Source of the DNA: Thermoplasmata archaeon
Lineage (GTDB): Archaea > Thermoplasmatota > Thermoplasmata > Thermoplasmatales > GCA-001856825
Direction of reading: 5' to 3'
Length of the DNA stretch: 64,000 bases
NCBI GenBank assembly: GCA_021787125.1
Contig: JAJYMI010000060.1
Span: 950-64,949 of the forward strand
Shown: positions 18,690-28,910 of the stretch, in pieces
Numbering within the stretch: the first letter of the stretch is position 1
Layout of the letters: every line of letters starts with the position of its first letter
Translations under genes and position numbers: made by a program
The notes under the pieces: model-generated
The model's input: only the letters and a program-made list of their open reading frames with translations
Told to the model about the DNA's origin: nothing
The model's database searches: none

Positions 18690-18853
18690 GAATTTCCAAT
18701 TATTTTAATGACAGCATTACCTGCAGATTTTCGGTCTCGTGAAACGCTGACCAGAGGATATGGTAGCCGAATGAGGCAACCATACCCACATCTGATTGCG
18801 TTGCGTTCTTAGGCTAAATCAAGTCGGATACCTGACTCTCGTTCGGTCTATGA

Positions 18854-20017
18854 CTACCTCTGCTCTATTGGTTTGTAAGGTACATCCAGCGGTCCCGTGT
18901 AGTATTCCAGTGGTCTGACCAGCTTGTTGTTGTGCCAGTACTCGACGATATGAGACCCCCAGCCTGACATCCTTGAGGCCACAAATATGGGGGTGAAAAG
19001 CTTGCTGTCTATTCCCAGGACTCTGTAGAGTGGACCCGCAAAGAAGTCAATGTTTGGCCAAATTCCTTTCGCATTCCCTAGTTTGTCTATCATTAACTTC
19101 TCCGCTCTGAGAGCAATCTGGAGCAATTTCTTGACCTCGTCGGAAGGTTCCTTGGTAAGACTCTCCTCAAGGTAACTCCTCACTAGCTTTGCTCTGGGAT
19201 CGTACGCCTTGTATACTCTGTGGCCAAATCCCATGATTCTCTGCTTCCCTTCCAGAGCCTCTTCTATGTATTTCTCTGTGTTGTCAGGATTACCAATCGC
19301 ATTTATCATGTTAAGGGCAGACTCGTCAGCCCCTCCGTGGAGTGGTCCCTTCAGAGTCCCAATTCCTGTCGTCGTAGCAGCATAGACGTCGGCCAACGTT
19401 GACGCGGTAACGAGTACCGAGAATGTCGAAGCATTCGTGCTGTGCTCAGCGTGTAGTATGAACATCAGGTCAATGAGTTTACTTTCAAACTTGTTCGGTC
19501 TCTTTCCGGTAAGCATGTAGAGGAAATTTTCAGAAAGTCCAAGGGAGTTATCTGGTGGAATGAAGCTCTTCTTTTCTCTGAACCTTCCTGTTGCAGCGGC
19601 GATGGTTGGAAGCTTTGCAATCAGTGTAATCACTTTGTCAACTGTTGCGTCTAGGTCTTTGTTGCTAGGATCCTTATCGAACATAACTAGCATCGAAGTA
19701 GCAGTTCTCATCACGTCCATCGGATGGGCGACGGGTGCCATTGCTTTTATGACCTTCTTGACTTCCTCCGGCAGATCCATTCTCTCTTTGAGTTTTGTCA
19801 CAAACTCTTCGTATTCTGTCTTCGTGGGCAGTTTTCCGTATATCAGAAGATATGACACTTCTTCGAAGTTGGATTTTTCGGCAAGGTCTTCAATTGAGTA
19901 GCCCCTGTACCACAGTTTCCCGTTTTGTCCATCTACCTTAGAAATTGCACTTTCGTCTACATAGATCCCTTCTAATCCATAGTTGATGGTGGGTTTGGTA
20001 TTCATCACATAGGTCAC
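18854..20017 (-). CDS. gltA: Citrate synthase
   Basis: 387 aa with catalytic motifs GPLHGGA and MGFGHRVYK. Confidence 0.95.
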   Translation of the reverse strand: MTYVMNTKPTINYGLEGIYVDESAISKVDGQNGKLWYRGYSIEDLAEKSNFEEVSYLLIYGKLPTKTEYEEFVTKLKERMDLPEEVKKVIKAMAPVAHPMDVMRTATSMLVMFDKDPSNKDLDATVDKVITLIAKLPTIAAATGRFREKKSFIPPDNSLGLSENFLYMLTGKRPNKFESKLIDLMFILHAEHSTNASTFSVLVTASTLADVYAATTTGIGTLKGPLHGGADESALNMINAIGNPDNTEKYIEEALEGKQRIMGFGHRVYKAYDPRAKLVRSYLEESLTKEPSDEVKKLLQIALRAEKLMIDKLGNAKGIWPNIDFFAGPLYRVLGIDSKLFTPIFVASRMSGWGSHIVEYWHNNKLVRPLEYYTGPLDVPYKPIEQR

Positions 20018-20288
20018 CAGTTAAACAGGTTGAACGATTATAAAAGAGTGTTCGAGAGTTTAGTAAATTTATGATTTTTTAGTCTGTATGAACATGTCGT
20101 TCAGGACTCAAAGCCAACCGTGCTGGATTGATTCTATCTTAACTACCTACAACCAAATCTAGAACTGTCCAATATGTAAGCAGACTAGTTGTCTAGAGAT
20201 GTTTGATAGACTCCACAGAGGATGCCCTAGAGTACCTTTACTATGCGGATCGAGATGAACGATCTGAGCACCGACCGTAACGTCGAAT

Positions 20289-20681
20289 CTAAGCTGGAAG
20301 CTTTATCTTGCTGTCCTTGACCTTGTTTGTAAATGACCTCATTTTATCTGACAGGTCTTCGTCAATAAAGTGCTCAAAAAAGCAAGCTCTTTCTCTAGCA
20401 GTCTCCTCGTCGCATCCCATCAATTTCAACAGTTCATAAATGGAACTCTCTTTCTTGCTTAGATTGTCAAGGAGCTTTTTTCCCTTGTCCGAGAGCGTCA
20501 TCCCTCTGTACTTCTGGTAGTTTATAAGTCCATCGTCGGCCAGTTTACTGAGCATCTGCGATACGGAAGCAGGTGTCACTTTCAAGAACTCGGCAATCTC
20601 AAGAGGTCGTGCGTATCCTTGTTCCTTTATGAAATGATCGATGGATTCGAGATATTTTTCCCTATCCTCGTTCGTTTTCAC
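20289..20681 (-). CDS. DtxR/MntR family metal-dependent transcriptional repressor
   Basis: 130 aa: N-terminal wHTH (ARPLEIAEFLKVTPASVSQMLSKL) plus dimerisation helix. GTG start. Confidence 0.8.
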   Translation of the reverse strand: MKTNEDREKYLESIDHFIKEQGYARPLEIAEFLKVTPASVSQMLSKLADDGLINYQKYRGMTLSDKGKKLLDNLSKKESSIYELLKLMGCDEETARERACFFEHFIDEDLSDKMRSFTNKVKDSKIKLPA

Positions 20682-20684
20682 TTA

Positions 20685-20699
20685 CCTAAATTGTTTAGG
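20685..20699. promoter_or_regulatory. Palindrome CCTAAA-TTG-TTTAGG abutting the DtxR-family gene start
   Basis: Perfect 6-bp arms, 4 nt upstream of the GTG start, at the edge of a 283-bp AT-rich divergent intergenic region. Confidence 0.3.
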
Positions 20700-20964
20700 G
20701 AGTATTACCCTTTTTCGCATAAATTTAAATATATAAACGTTAATCGCGTTAATTCTTGAAGGAGCCCCATAAAATACGGGTACTTTTATTTTTTATTTAG
20801 AGGGTACTCGCAGTCAAGAACTGGGTGGATAATGATCATTCAATGCAGTTATTTTATAAATCAACTTTATTTTAAGAGATAAACCGTTTCAAGTTATTAT
20901 ATACGTTAAATATAAGAAAGAGAGTTGACAAAAAATTGAATAAGACAGATGGTAATTTGGGAAG

Positions 20965-21789
20965 GTGCATGGTTCAGTGGAATCGGCAAATCTAGAGGAA
21001 ATAGCTAGAGAAGTTAGAAAATCTATTGTAAAAATGACCTATGAAGCAAAGAGCGGCCATCCGGGGGGGTCTTTGAGCGCGACTGAAATTCTTACATATC
21101 TCTATTTTAGTGAAATGAACATCGATCCAGCCAACCCAAATTGGCCAGAAAGGGACAGGTTTGTCCTCTCAAAAGGACACGCCACTCCGGCACTCTATTC
21201 AGTCCTTTCGATGAGGGGGTTCTTCGATCCGAGTCTACTCCATGGTTTTAGAAAGATCAACTCACTTCTCCAGGGGCACGTCGTGAATCACGTGCCGGGA
21301 ATTGACATCACGGCCGGCTCTCTCGGTCAGGGATTGAGTAATGCGGTCGGGCTTGCACTTGCTGCCAGAATAGACAAGAAGAATTACAGGGTCTTTGCAA
21401 TGATAGGTGATGGTGAAGCAGACGAGGGTAGCATATGGGAAGCGGCCTTGTCAGCTGCACACCTCAAGCTATCGAATCTGATCGTTTTCCTTGACAGGAA
21501 CATGATTCAACTAGACGGTTTCACCGAAGAAATACTGACCCTCGGTGATCTGGAAGCAAAGTTCAGATCATTCGGCTGGGCTGCCACTACTATAGACGGT
21601 CACTCCTTTGCAGAGATTAGAAAAGCCATCGAATGGGCTAAGACAGGGGAGGGACCAAAGATGATCATAGCCAGAACGGTCAAGGGAAAGGGAGTAAAGT
21701 TCATGGAAAACAATCCAGAATACCACGGTAAACCTGCGCCTAATGAAGAGAAACTAAAAGAAGCGCTGAGGGACATCGAGGGGATGTAA
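20965..21789 (+). CDS. Transketolase, N-terminal (TPP-binding) subunit
   Basis: GHPGGSLS and GDGEADEGSIWEA motifs. Split-gene form typical of archaea. Start is uncertain (GTG 20965 or GTG 20977). Confidence 0.9.
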   Translation: MHGSVESANLEEIAREVRKSIVKMTYEAKSGHPGGSLSATEILTYLYFSEMNIDPANPNWPERDRFVLSKGHATPALYSVLSMRGFFDPSLLHGFRKINSLLQGHVVNHVPGIDITAGSLGQGLSNAVGLALAARIDKKNYRVFAMIGDGEADEGSIWEAALSAAHLKLSNLIVFLDRNMIQLDGFTEEILTLGDLEAKFRSFGWAATTIDGHSFAEIRKAIEWAKTGEGPKMIIARTVKGKGVKFMENNPEYHGKPAPNEEKLKEALRDIEGM

Positions 21790-21792
21790 CTT

Positions 21793-22773
21793 ATGATGAT
21801 GTCCAGCGAACTAAATTGGCAACCAGACCTAATCAACAAGCTCGAGAAAAAGAGCGTAAGGGAAGCCTACGGAAATACGCTTGTCTCTATCGGCTCTGAT
21901 AAGAGTGTTGTGGTTCTGGATGCTGATCTATCAACTTCCACGCACACATCCATGTTCCAGAAGAAGTACCCGGATAGATTCTTCAACGTTGGAATTTCCG
22001 AAAACAATATGATGGGGGTCGCATCCGGTCTTTCTTGGACGGGGAAGAAAGTATTCGTCTCTTCTTTTGCAATATTTGCAACCGGAAGGGCTTACGATTT
22101 CGTTAGACAGAGCGTGTGCTATTCCGACAGCGACGTACGAATAGTCGCCACTCACGCGGGACTTACTGTAGGAGAAGATGGAGCGACACACCAGATGCTC
22201 GAGGACATAGGACTGATGTCGGGGCTTCCAAGAATGCGGGTGATGGTCCCCGCAGACGCACTGGAAACAGAGCAGATAATCAGGTACGTTTACGACAACA
22301 GAGGACCGTTCTATGTGAGACTGTCGAGGGAGAAAGTTCCAGTTGTACACGATTCCGAGACATTCAGATATGGGAGAGCCGAAACGATCGTTGATGGCTC
22401 TGATGTTACCATAATAGCGGCGGGTATCCTCGTTTCAGCAGCAAAGGTGGCAGCCTCCTACCTGAAGAAAAAAGGCATTTCTGCAAGGGTACTGAACATG
22501 GCGACAATCAAGCCAATCGACAGGGACGCTATCGAAAAATCTGCGAGAGAAACTGGAAGAGTTGTCACAGCGGAAGAGCACAGTATTTACAACGGGCTTG
22601 GCAGCAGAGTTGCAGAGGTGGTTGCCGAGAGGTATCCCGTACCCGTGAAGAGGTTGGGCGTTAATGACGTGTTCGGCGAATCTGGAAAATCTTGGGAGCT
22701 GATGGACAAGTATGGGTTGAGTCCGATGGGAATTGTGAATAAGGTAGAGGAGATAACGAAGGTGACGATATGA
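21793..22773 (+). CDS. Transketolase, C-terminal (pyrimidine-binding) subunit
   Basis: [14 protein letters not shown] and EDGATHQ motifs. 3-nt gap after the N-terminal subunit gene. Confidence 0.9.
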   Translation: MMMSSELNWQPDLINKLEKKSVREAYGNTLVSIGSDKSVVVLDADLSTSTHTSMFQKKYPDRFFNVGISENNMMGVASGLSWTGKKVFVSSFAIFATGRAYDFVRQSVCYSDSDVRIVATHAGLTVGEDGATHQMLEDIGLMSGLPRMRVMVPADALETEQIIRYVYDNRGPFYVRLSREKVPVVHDSETFRYGRAETIVDGSDVTIIAAGILVSAAKVAASYLKKKGISARVLNMATIKPIDRDAIEKSARETGRVVTAEEHSIYNGLGSRVAEVVAERYPVPVKRLGVNDVFGESGKSWELMDKYGLSPMGIVNKVEEITKVTI

Positions 22774-23438
22774 AATTCTTTCTGGACACTGCAAACATAA
22801 AAGAAATCGAAGAGGGTGTTTCCTGGGGATGCGTAGATGGCGTCACCACGAACCCTACGTTGATTTCTAAGGAACTCGTTGGGAAGACAGATTTCAAGAC
22901 ACTCGTTAAGAAGATCCTGACTATTGTTGAAGGACCGGTCTCACTTGAGGTAACATCGATAACGGCGGACGGGATGGTAGAAGAAGGAAAAAAACTGAAG
23001 AAACTTGGAAACAATGTGGTCGTAAAGATTCCAACGACCATCGAGGGACTCAAGGCCCTCAAGGTTTTGAAGTCACTGAACATAAAGACGAACGCAACTC
23101 TCGTTTTTTCCGTTAATCAGGCACTGATGGTCGCGAAGGCTGGAGCCACTTACGCTTCGCCATTCGTCGGCAGACTTGATGATATCAGTGAGGATGGAAT
23201 GTCGCTGATAGAGGACATAAGGGAGGCCTACGACAATTATGACTTTGAGACAAAAATACTGGTCGCGTCGGTAAGACACCCCATCCACGTAAAAGAGGCA
23301 GCTTTAATCGGAGCTGACGTTGCAACAATGCCATTCGACGTGTTCAAGAAACTCATCAATCACCCTAAAACGGAAGAGGGGCTCAAGAGATTCTTGGAAG
23401 ACTGGGCAAAGATCGACAAGAGCAAACTGATGTTTTGA
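22770..23438 (+). CDS. tal: Transaldolase / fructose-6-phosphate aldolase (short type 3B)
   Basis: [13 protein letters not shown]...VTTNPTL...VVKIP motifs, 222 aa, 4-bp overlap with tkt. Confidence 0.9.
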   Translation: MKFFLDTANIKEIEEGVSWGCVDGVTTNPTLISKELVGKTDFKTLVKKILTIVEGPVSLEVTSITADGMVEEGKKLKKLGNNVVVKIPTTIEGLKALKVLKSLNIKTNATLVFSVNQALMVAKAGATYASPFVGRLDDISEDGMSLIEDIREAYDNYDFETKILVASVRHPIHVKEAALIGADVATMPFDVFKKLINHPKTEEGLKRFLEDWAKIDKSKLMF

Positions 23439-24253
23439 TGGCGAAAGTACTCGCAATAGCCAGCCCAGCAGATCTGGATGCGGTCGCATCGATCTACCTT
23501 CTGAAGAGAGCGATCAAGGACGATGTAGAGGTTAAGTACCTTGACCACAGCGTAATAGATACCTCCGAGGCCGACTACATTCTCGACTCTCCGCACGGAA
23601 GGGCACGGATAATGAGGTTCGACCATCACGATACAAAGGACTGGACGTGCTCGGCCATGAAAGTCGTAGAACACTTCGGAATGGGAGAACCGGAGAGACG
23701 GCTCGCAGAAGCAGTCTGCTGGCAGGACAACGCAGGATGGCGATCTCTGGGAAGGGATGGTATGGACAACCTCCTGGACACGGCCTTGAAGAGTCTTATG
23801 GTTGCGGGGCATAAACCAGATGAGTTCGACAGAGTCTTCAAGACCATTTTTGATGCGATGTTAACGAAGTTCGAGGAGGATGGAAGAGTGGTAAAACAGA
23901 TCGGAGATAGCATAATCTTCCGCAGCGAGAACAATGAGGTCCTCACCATCCGCGGAGATTTTCCAAAGGATGTCGTATTCCAAGAGTTCTCGCCCCAGTT
24001 CCTGGTGAAAGTATCGAAGTGGGGAATTTCTGTCACCAGAACGGCAAAGTTACAATCTCCAGACCTCAACGATTTTAAGGAACACATAGGAAAGTTGGAC
24101 AAAAAACACCTTGATAAGTGGTTCTTCCATCCTCAGGGTTTCTATCTGGGATACGCGACGGATCCAGACAAGAATGAAAGAGTTCCAGTGGATCCCATAA
24201 CATTCTCAAGAGACCTTTTTTCCTTTGTGAATGGAAAACAAAATCCCGCATAG
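23438..24253 (+). CDS. Uncharacterised protein with DHH-like motifs
   Basis: 271 aa. ATG 23438 shares one base with the tal TGA (TGATG). Contains the D-L-D and FDHHD motif order seen in DHH phosphoesterases; otherwise unrecognised. Confidence 0.55.
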   Translation: MAKVLAIASPADLDAVASIYLLKRAIKDDVEVKYLDHSVIDTSEADYILDSPHGRARIMRFDHHDTKDWTCSAMKVVEHFGMGEPERRLAEAVCWQDNAGWRSLGRDGMDNLLDTALKSLMVAGHKPDEFDRVFKTIFDAMLTKFEEDGRVVKQIGDSIIFRSENNEVLTIRGDFPKDVVFQEFSPQFLVKVSKWGISVTRTAKLQSPDLNDFKEHIGKLDKKHLDKWFFHPQGFYLGYATDPDKNERVPVDPITFSRDLFSFVNGKQNPA

Positions 24254-24305
24254 TTTTGCCAGAAAAACAAAGAAAAGCTTGATAATTAACGAACACTACA
24301 CCGCC

Positions 24306-25181
24306 ATGCAAAAATTCAAGGACGTACAGTCTGAGGCTCCGGAGAGCAACTACAGACTGGACAGGGTAGGTCTTACAAATGTTACGAGACCGATCACCGT
24401 ACAGAGGAAGAAGAAGACCATAACACTCATCCCCACGTTCAGAGTGTTCGTGGATTTGCCCCCATCAAGGAAGGGTAGCGATCTTTCAAGAGATATAGAG
24501 GCAGTGGAAGATGTTGTTGAGGGAGAAGTTGAGGGGAGAACGAAAGGTATAGAATATGTTGCAGAACTGATAGTTGAAAAATTGCTTGCAAGACACCCCT
24601 ATGCTACGTCTGCAGAGGCAGAGCTCACAGCTGATTATTTTCTAGAAAGGACTAACCCGAAGGGAAGGAAGACTACCGAAAGATACCTGATCAAGGGGAA
24701 AGCGATAAAAAGGGATGGTGAAAAAGCAAAGCGGTACATAGGAATTACTGCAACCGGTATCACCGTTTGTCCGTCTGCGATGAAAACGGTTTCCGCACTG
24801 ATGAACAGGAAGGTAGATTCGCCTCCATACATTTCTCACAATCAGAGGAACGACGTATCAATTCTCATGGAAGTTCCGCATGGGTGGGACGTCGAAGTGA
24901 ATGAACTCATCGATATCGCAGAACAATCAATGAGTGCCCCAACATATGAGCTATTGAAGAGAGAAGAGGAGGGGATGCTCGTGCTTCAAGCACATCAGAA
25001 TCCAAAGTTCGTTGAAGATGCGGTACGGGATGCAGTCAAACTGATCGTGAAGAGATATGCGAAGATGCCGGATGATGTCTCCGTGAAAGTCACAAGCGAG
25101 AGTTACGAAACAATACACAAGCACAATGCATTCGCGGAAAAATCTGGTACACTGGGTGCCCTGAGGAGCGAACTTAGCTAA
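24306..25181 (+). CDS. mptA: GTP cyclohydrolase MptA/FolE2 (type IB) family
   Basis: N-terminal DVQSE...YRLDRVGLTNVTRPI pattern typical of COG1469. ATG 24306 is preferred; the track ORF begins at 24231. Confidence 0.7.
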   Translation: MQKFKDVQSEAPESNYRLDRVGLTNVTRPITVQRKKKTITLIPTFRVFVDLPPSRKGSDLSRDIEAVEDVVEGEVEGRTKGIEYVAELIVEKLLARHPYATSAEAELTADYFLERTNPKGRKTTERYLIKGKAIKRDGEKAKRYIGITATGITVCPSAMKTVSALMNRKVDSPPYISHNQRNDVSILMEVPHGWDVEVNELIDIAEQSMSAPTYELLKREEEGMLVLQAHQNPKFVEDAVRDAVKLIVKRYAKMPDDVSVKVTSESYETIHKHNAFAEKSGTLGALRSELS

Positions 25182-27883
25182 GACCAGAATCTTCTGTTCT
25201 TTGCAAATTCCACTTCATTTATCAGTATTTTTTCCAGCAGTTCATTCTCTGATTTTGAAGGGACTTCCAGTATCCTGGAAGCACTCTCTGGTCCAATTCC
25301 ATGGGCCGCGAGGACTAGCAGAGCCCTGTCCTCATACATTCTCAACAGGTGGTAGGAAGTTCTGATCTTCCTCAGCGTTTCAGCGGACATCTTATGCATG
25401 TTCTCTATCTCGTATGGTTTTATGGGTGCAATTCTGGGGCTGCTGCAGAATATGCACCTGCGCTCCTTTAGGTCTTGAACTCTATTCTTGAATGTTCTGT
25501 GACAGCTGAGACAGTAGAAAGCCATCTCTTCAGAGAGGAGCCTCCTCCTGACCGCAGAAAGTATGGGGGCGGTAGGTCTGATAGGCATCATCTTCTCCTT
25601 GAGGCTGCTCATGTAGAGCTTGGAAGAACTGGAGAAGGCACCGCTCGTTTGGATCTTCATCTTTCCGGACGAGATCAGACCACTCACCCTTGAGAGGCCG
25701 TCGATATCCAGGTAGTCCCATTTGAACTTCTCAAGCGCTTCTGTGAAAAAGGGGGTGTCTCTGTGGAAGGCAAAAATCCTATCAACTCTGATCCTGCTAA
25801 AGTCACTCTCTTTTGAAATCACACCGAATTTCTTAGCAACGTTTATGGTGCTGTACTGAAACGTTTTTGACTTTTCCACATATCTCTCCAGATTCGGAAA
25901 TTCATCCTCGATGTGTTCTAGGATGTCTACGATCTCGTCCACCCTGTATCTCATATTGCCCTGAATGACTATGTGATAAGGAGAATTGTCGAAGAGGAAT
26001 GATTCTCCGTACTTCTCAGAGAGTCTGAAAGTTATCATGAGCGCAAGAGTGTAGTTCGCTTTTGTTCCAGCCGTTAGTTGTATGATCGTAGTGACACCCT
26101 CTTTTTCCACACGCAGTAGGAGGTCGTTGGCCGTGGTCTTTCTAAAATCCCTGATCTTCTCCTTGGTGAAATCGTCAAGGTTGTCGTTGAGTACCTCTTC
26201 CCTCCTCTCCCTTCCAACCTCCATTGCTATCTCGAACGGGACAGGTATCTCCTCGCCAGACCAACTGGGAGGGACGGATATACCCTGGATAAAGTCAACG
26301 TAGATGTAGCGCTCCTTGATTCCGAGAACCCTCCACGTGCTTCCCTTCAGCGTGAATGTAGATCCAACGTCTATTTCTGTAGCAACGTATCCCTCATCAA
26401 GGAAACCTATAATCTTGGCCGTGCTTGATTCCTTGACTACATACCTCTTCTCGTCGGGTATCATGGAGATGTTCTCTATAAAGTACTTCAGCGTCCTCCC
26501 GCTCTTCCGGATCACCCTCGATTCGGGATCATATCTTATGACGTAAATCGAGGACAGGAATGTGACCAGTGATTCCAGCTCCTCACTGGTGAGAGAGCTG
26601 AAATTGTTGACCCTCCTGAATATCTCGAGGGCCTTATCCAAGGTGACCTGTCTTTCAGAGTGAACCAGTGCCATAATCTGATTTGCAACCACAATCAGTG
26701 GTTTTTCCCTGATCTCGACGTTCTCTATCTCATTTCCCTCTGCGAATTTAGAGATTACAGACCCCTCTTCGGATTCTATCTCGTTCATTGCTACTATCTC
26801 GCCTCTGGAGGTCTCCGCTAGCCTGTGCTTTCCTCTACCCACCCTCTGAACCAATCTGATGACCTGTCTGGGTGAATTTACCTGGGCTACAAAATCAACG
26901 GATCCAACGTCTATTCCCAGCTCCATGCTCGATGTGCATATGATGCCCCTTACCTTTCCCCTCTTGAAATCTTCCTCAATCTTTGTCCTTATATCCTTTC
27001 CCAGGGATCCGTGGTGGACCTCTACAAGTATCTTCTCGTCGACCAACCTGAGACGCATGACGATGTCCTCTGCGGTTGCTCTCGTGTTTGAGAACACGAT
27101 GAACTGCCTGCCTGAATTGTAGAGCTTCATAATGTAGTCCACAATCTGCGCATAATTTTCATCAGAACCAATTGTGTCCTTGAATGATGCTAGAGCTCCG
27201 TTCGGCATGGACACACTGATGTCATATCTCTTCGATGTTCCAGCCCTGAGTATTTTGTAATTCCCGTCAAAGAAGAGGTTCTTTGAGACTTCCTCAGGAT
27301 TGCCTATAGTTGCTGAGATCGCTATGATCTTGAATTCGGGCGATATCTCTCTCATCCTGGAAAGACCGATCATGAGCTGCCAGCCCCGCTCGTCGTTCAG
27401 GAGCTCATGGACCTCGTCTATTATCACGTACCTGACGCTCTGGAGATGATTCCTGATCTTCTTCCCACTGACTATGAGCTGCAGGGTCTCTGGAGTGGTG
27501 ATCAGCACCTGTGGTGGGTGAAGCAGCTGATATCTTCTCTCGCTCTCACTGCTATCGCCGTGCCTTACTCCAACCTCTAGGTTGAAAGCCTTTCCATAAA
27601 ATTCAATCCTAGACAGAACATCGCGGTTGAGAGCCCTAAGGGGCGTGATGTAAATGGCACCAAATCCATGGATCTTTTCCTTGGCTTCACTCAGTCTGTA
27701 AAACACTGGAAGGACTGCGGCTTCTGTCTTTCCGCTTCCGGTTGGAGAGGTGAGAAGAACGTTCTGGTTCTTCAGGATCTCCGGGATTCCAATCTTCTGC
27801 GGTTCAGTAAATTCACTAAACCCCCTCTCCCTAAGGACCTGCAGTAGCCTCTGTTCCACTGATACATCTGACCGCTCTACCAT
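25178..27883 (-). CDS. lhr: Lhr-type large DEAD/DEAH-box (SF2) helicase
   Basis: 901 aa. Walker A SPTGSGKTEAA, DEVH box, helicase C motifs, long C-terminal Lhr-like extension with a CxxC..CxxC cluster. Confidence 0.85.
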   Translation of the reverse strand: MVERSDVSVEQRLLQVLRERGFSEFTEPQKIGIPEILKNQNVLLTSPTGSGKTEAAVLPVFYRLSEAKEKIHGFGAIYITPLRALNRDVLSRIEFYGKAFNLEVGVRHGDSSESERRYQLLHPPQVLITTPETLQLIVSGKKIRNHLQSVRYVIIDEVHELLNDERGWQLMIGLSRMREISPEFKIIAISATIGNPEEVSKNLFFDGNYKILRAGTSKRYDISVSMPNGALASFKDTIGSDENYAQIVDYIMKLYNSGRQFIVFSNTRATAEDIVMRLRLVDEKILVEVHHGSLGKDIRTKIEEDFKRGKVRGIICTSSMELGIDVGSVDFVAQVNSPRQVIRLVQRVGRGKHRLAETSRGEIVAMNEIESEEGSVISKFAEGNEIENVEIREKPLIVVANQIMALVHSERQVTLDKALEIFRRVNNFSSLTSEELESLVTFLSSIYVIRYDPESRVIRKSGRTLKYFIENISMIPDEKRYVVKESSTAKIIGFLDEGYVATEIDVGSTFTLKGSTWRVLGIKERYIYVDFIQGISVPPSWSGEEIPVPFEIAMEVGRERREEVLNDNLDDFTKEKIRDFRKTTANDLLLRVEKEGVTTIIQLTAGTKANYTLALMITFRLSEKYGESFLFDNSPYHIVIQGNMRYRVDEIVDILEHIEDEFPNLERYVEKSKTFQYSTINVAKKFGVISKESDFSRIRVDRIFAFHRDTPFFTEALEKFKWDYLDIDGLSRVSGLISSGKMKIQTSGAFSSSSKLYMSSLKEKMMPIRPTAPILSAVRRRLLSEEMAFYCLSCHRTFKNRVQDLKERRCIFCSSPRIAPIKPYEIENMHKMSAETLRKIRTSYHLLRMYEDRALLVLAAHGIGPESASRILEVPSKSENELLEKILINEVEFAKNRRFWS

Positions 27884-27970
27884 GCCTTAGGGTGATGCCA
27901 AGAGAACTTAAAACTAATTGCCCAGAGGTTCCTCAGGAAATTATTTAAATCGTGTACAACTTGCGCCTTG

Positions 27971-28702
27971 ATGCTAGGAAAGATGGGTCTTAGACCCTAT
28001 TCGATCTATGAGATTAGAGACCTAACAAGGGGTGAACCAGATAGCCCCAGAATAGCGAGTTTCAAGCTAAGACCCAAGGACGGTTCAAAATTCAGTTTTG
28101 TTCCGGGGATGTTCTCATCCCTCTTTCTGAATCCGGATGACAAGCTGTTCCGTTCTTATTCCATTGCCTCGTCTCCAACGGACGATCAAATGGAATTCAT
28201 GATAGAACTCATAAACGGAAGATTCACCAGTCAACTCGCCAATCTAAAAGTCGGGGATGAAATATTTGTCTCTGAGCCAAGAGGGGCATTTCTGTATGAA
28301 CCCACTGACGCACACAGCGACCTCTTCTTAGCTGCTGGAATAGGGATCGCTCCATTCTTCTCTATGCTGAGGTACCTAAAGGGCAAGGAAATGAAAAGGG
28401 ATGTCTATCTGTTTTACAGCGTAAAGCACAAGGACGATATCGTCAATCCATCCGAGCTCGAAGGATTCAAGGAGCTGGGACTTAACATAATCTATACCGT
28501 AACCAGGGATCCAGAGAATGCGCTATGGAAGGGAGAAAGAGGAAGAATCAACACGCAGATGATTCAGAATCACGTCAGTGATTATGTATCGAGGACCGTC
28601 TATCTCTGCGGTGGCATAAAGTTCGTTAAGGATATAGTTACGGAGTTGAAGGACAGGGGAGTAAAAGACGAGGACATCAAGAGAGACATCTGGGGAGAAT
28701 GA
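27971..28702 (+). CDS. Ferredoxin-NADP reductase-like FAD/NAD(P)-binding oxidoreductase
   Basis: RSYSIAS FAD-binding motif, GIGIAPF NAD-binding motif. The track ORF starts at TTG 27968, ATG at 27971. Confidence 0.8.
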   Translation: MLGKMGLRPYSIYEIRDLTRGEPDSPRIASFKLRPKDGSKFSFVPGMFSSLFLNPDDKLFRSYSIASSPTDDQMEFMIELINGRFTSQLANLKVGDEIFVSEPRGAFLYEPTDAHSDLFLAAGIGIAPFFSMLRYLKGKEMKRDVYLFYSVKHKDDIVNPSELEGFKELGLNIIYTVTRDPENALWKGERGRINTQMIQNHVSDYVSRTVYLCGGIKFVKDIVTELKDRGVKDEDIKRDIWGE

Positions 28703-28870
28703 ATTAGCAAACTTCTTTACCAATATCGATTAGTTAGATAACGAGTGCAGAACGATTATTAAAAATCTATTGGGGAGTCTGAGTAAATTGATTCATATTC
28801 AGAACAGGAAACCTGAAGCATAGAATATCCAAAAGTCATAAAGCAAATCTCTCAGAAAAACGCATTAAAA

Positions 28871-28907
28871 GGAAAATTAAAGAAAAAAATAAAAAAAGGG
28901 AAAAATT
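28871..28907 (-). terminator. Oligo-T tract after the binding-protein gene
   Basis: The minus strand reads AATTTTTCCCTTTTTTTATTTTTTTCT immediately after the stop at 28911-28913. Confidence 0.4.
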
Positions 28908-28910
28908 AGT

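Noticed and set aside
18758-18785. 6-bp hairpin (TATGGT/ACCATA) in the convergent mdh/citrate synthase spacer
   Set aside because: The stem is short and imperfect with a 14-nt loop. It is not distinguishable from chance, and the T9 run already explains termination.
18811-18820. AGGCTAAAT in the mdh/citrate synthase spacer, resembling the predicted target of the sRNA D' guide
   Set aside because: It is one base short of full complementarity (TTAGGCTAAAT against TTAAGGCTAAAT) and lies in a non-coding spacer. A chance match is more likely than an mRNA target.
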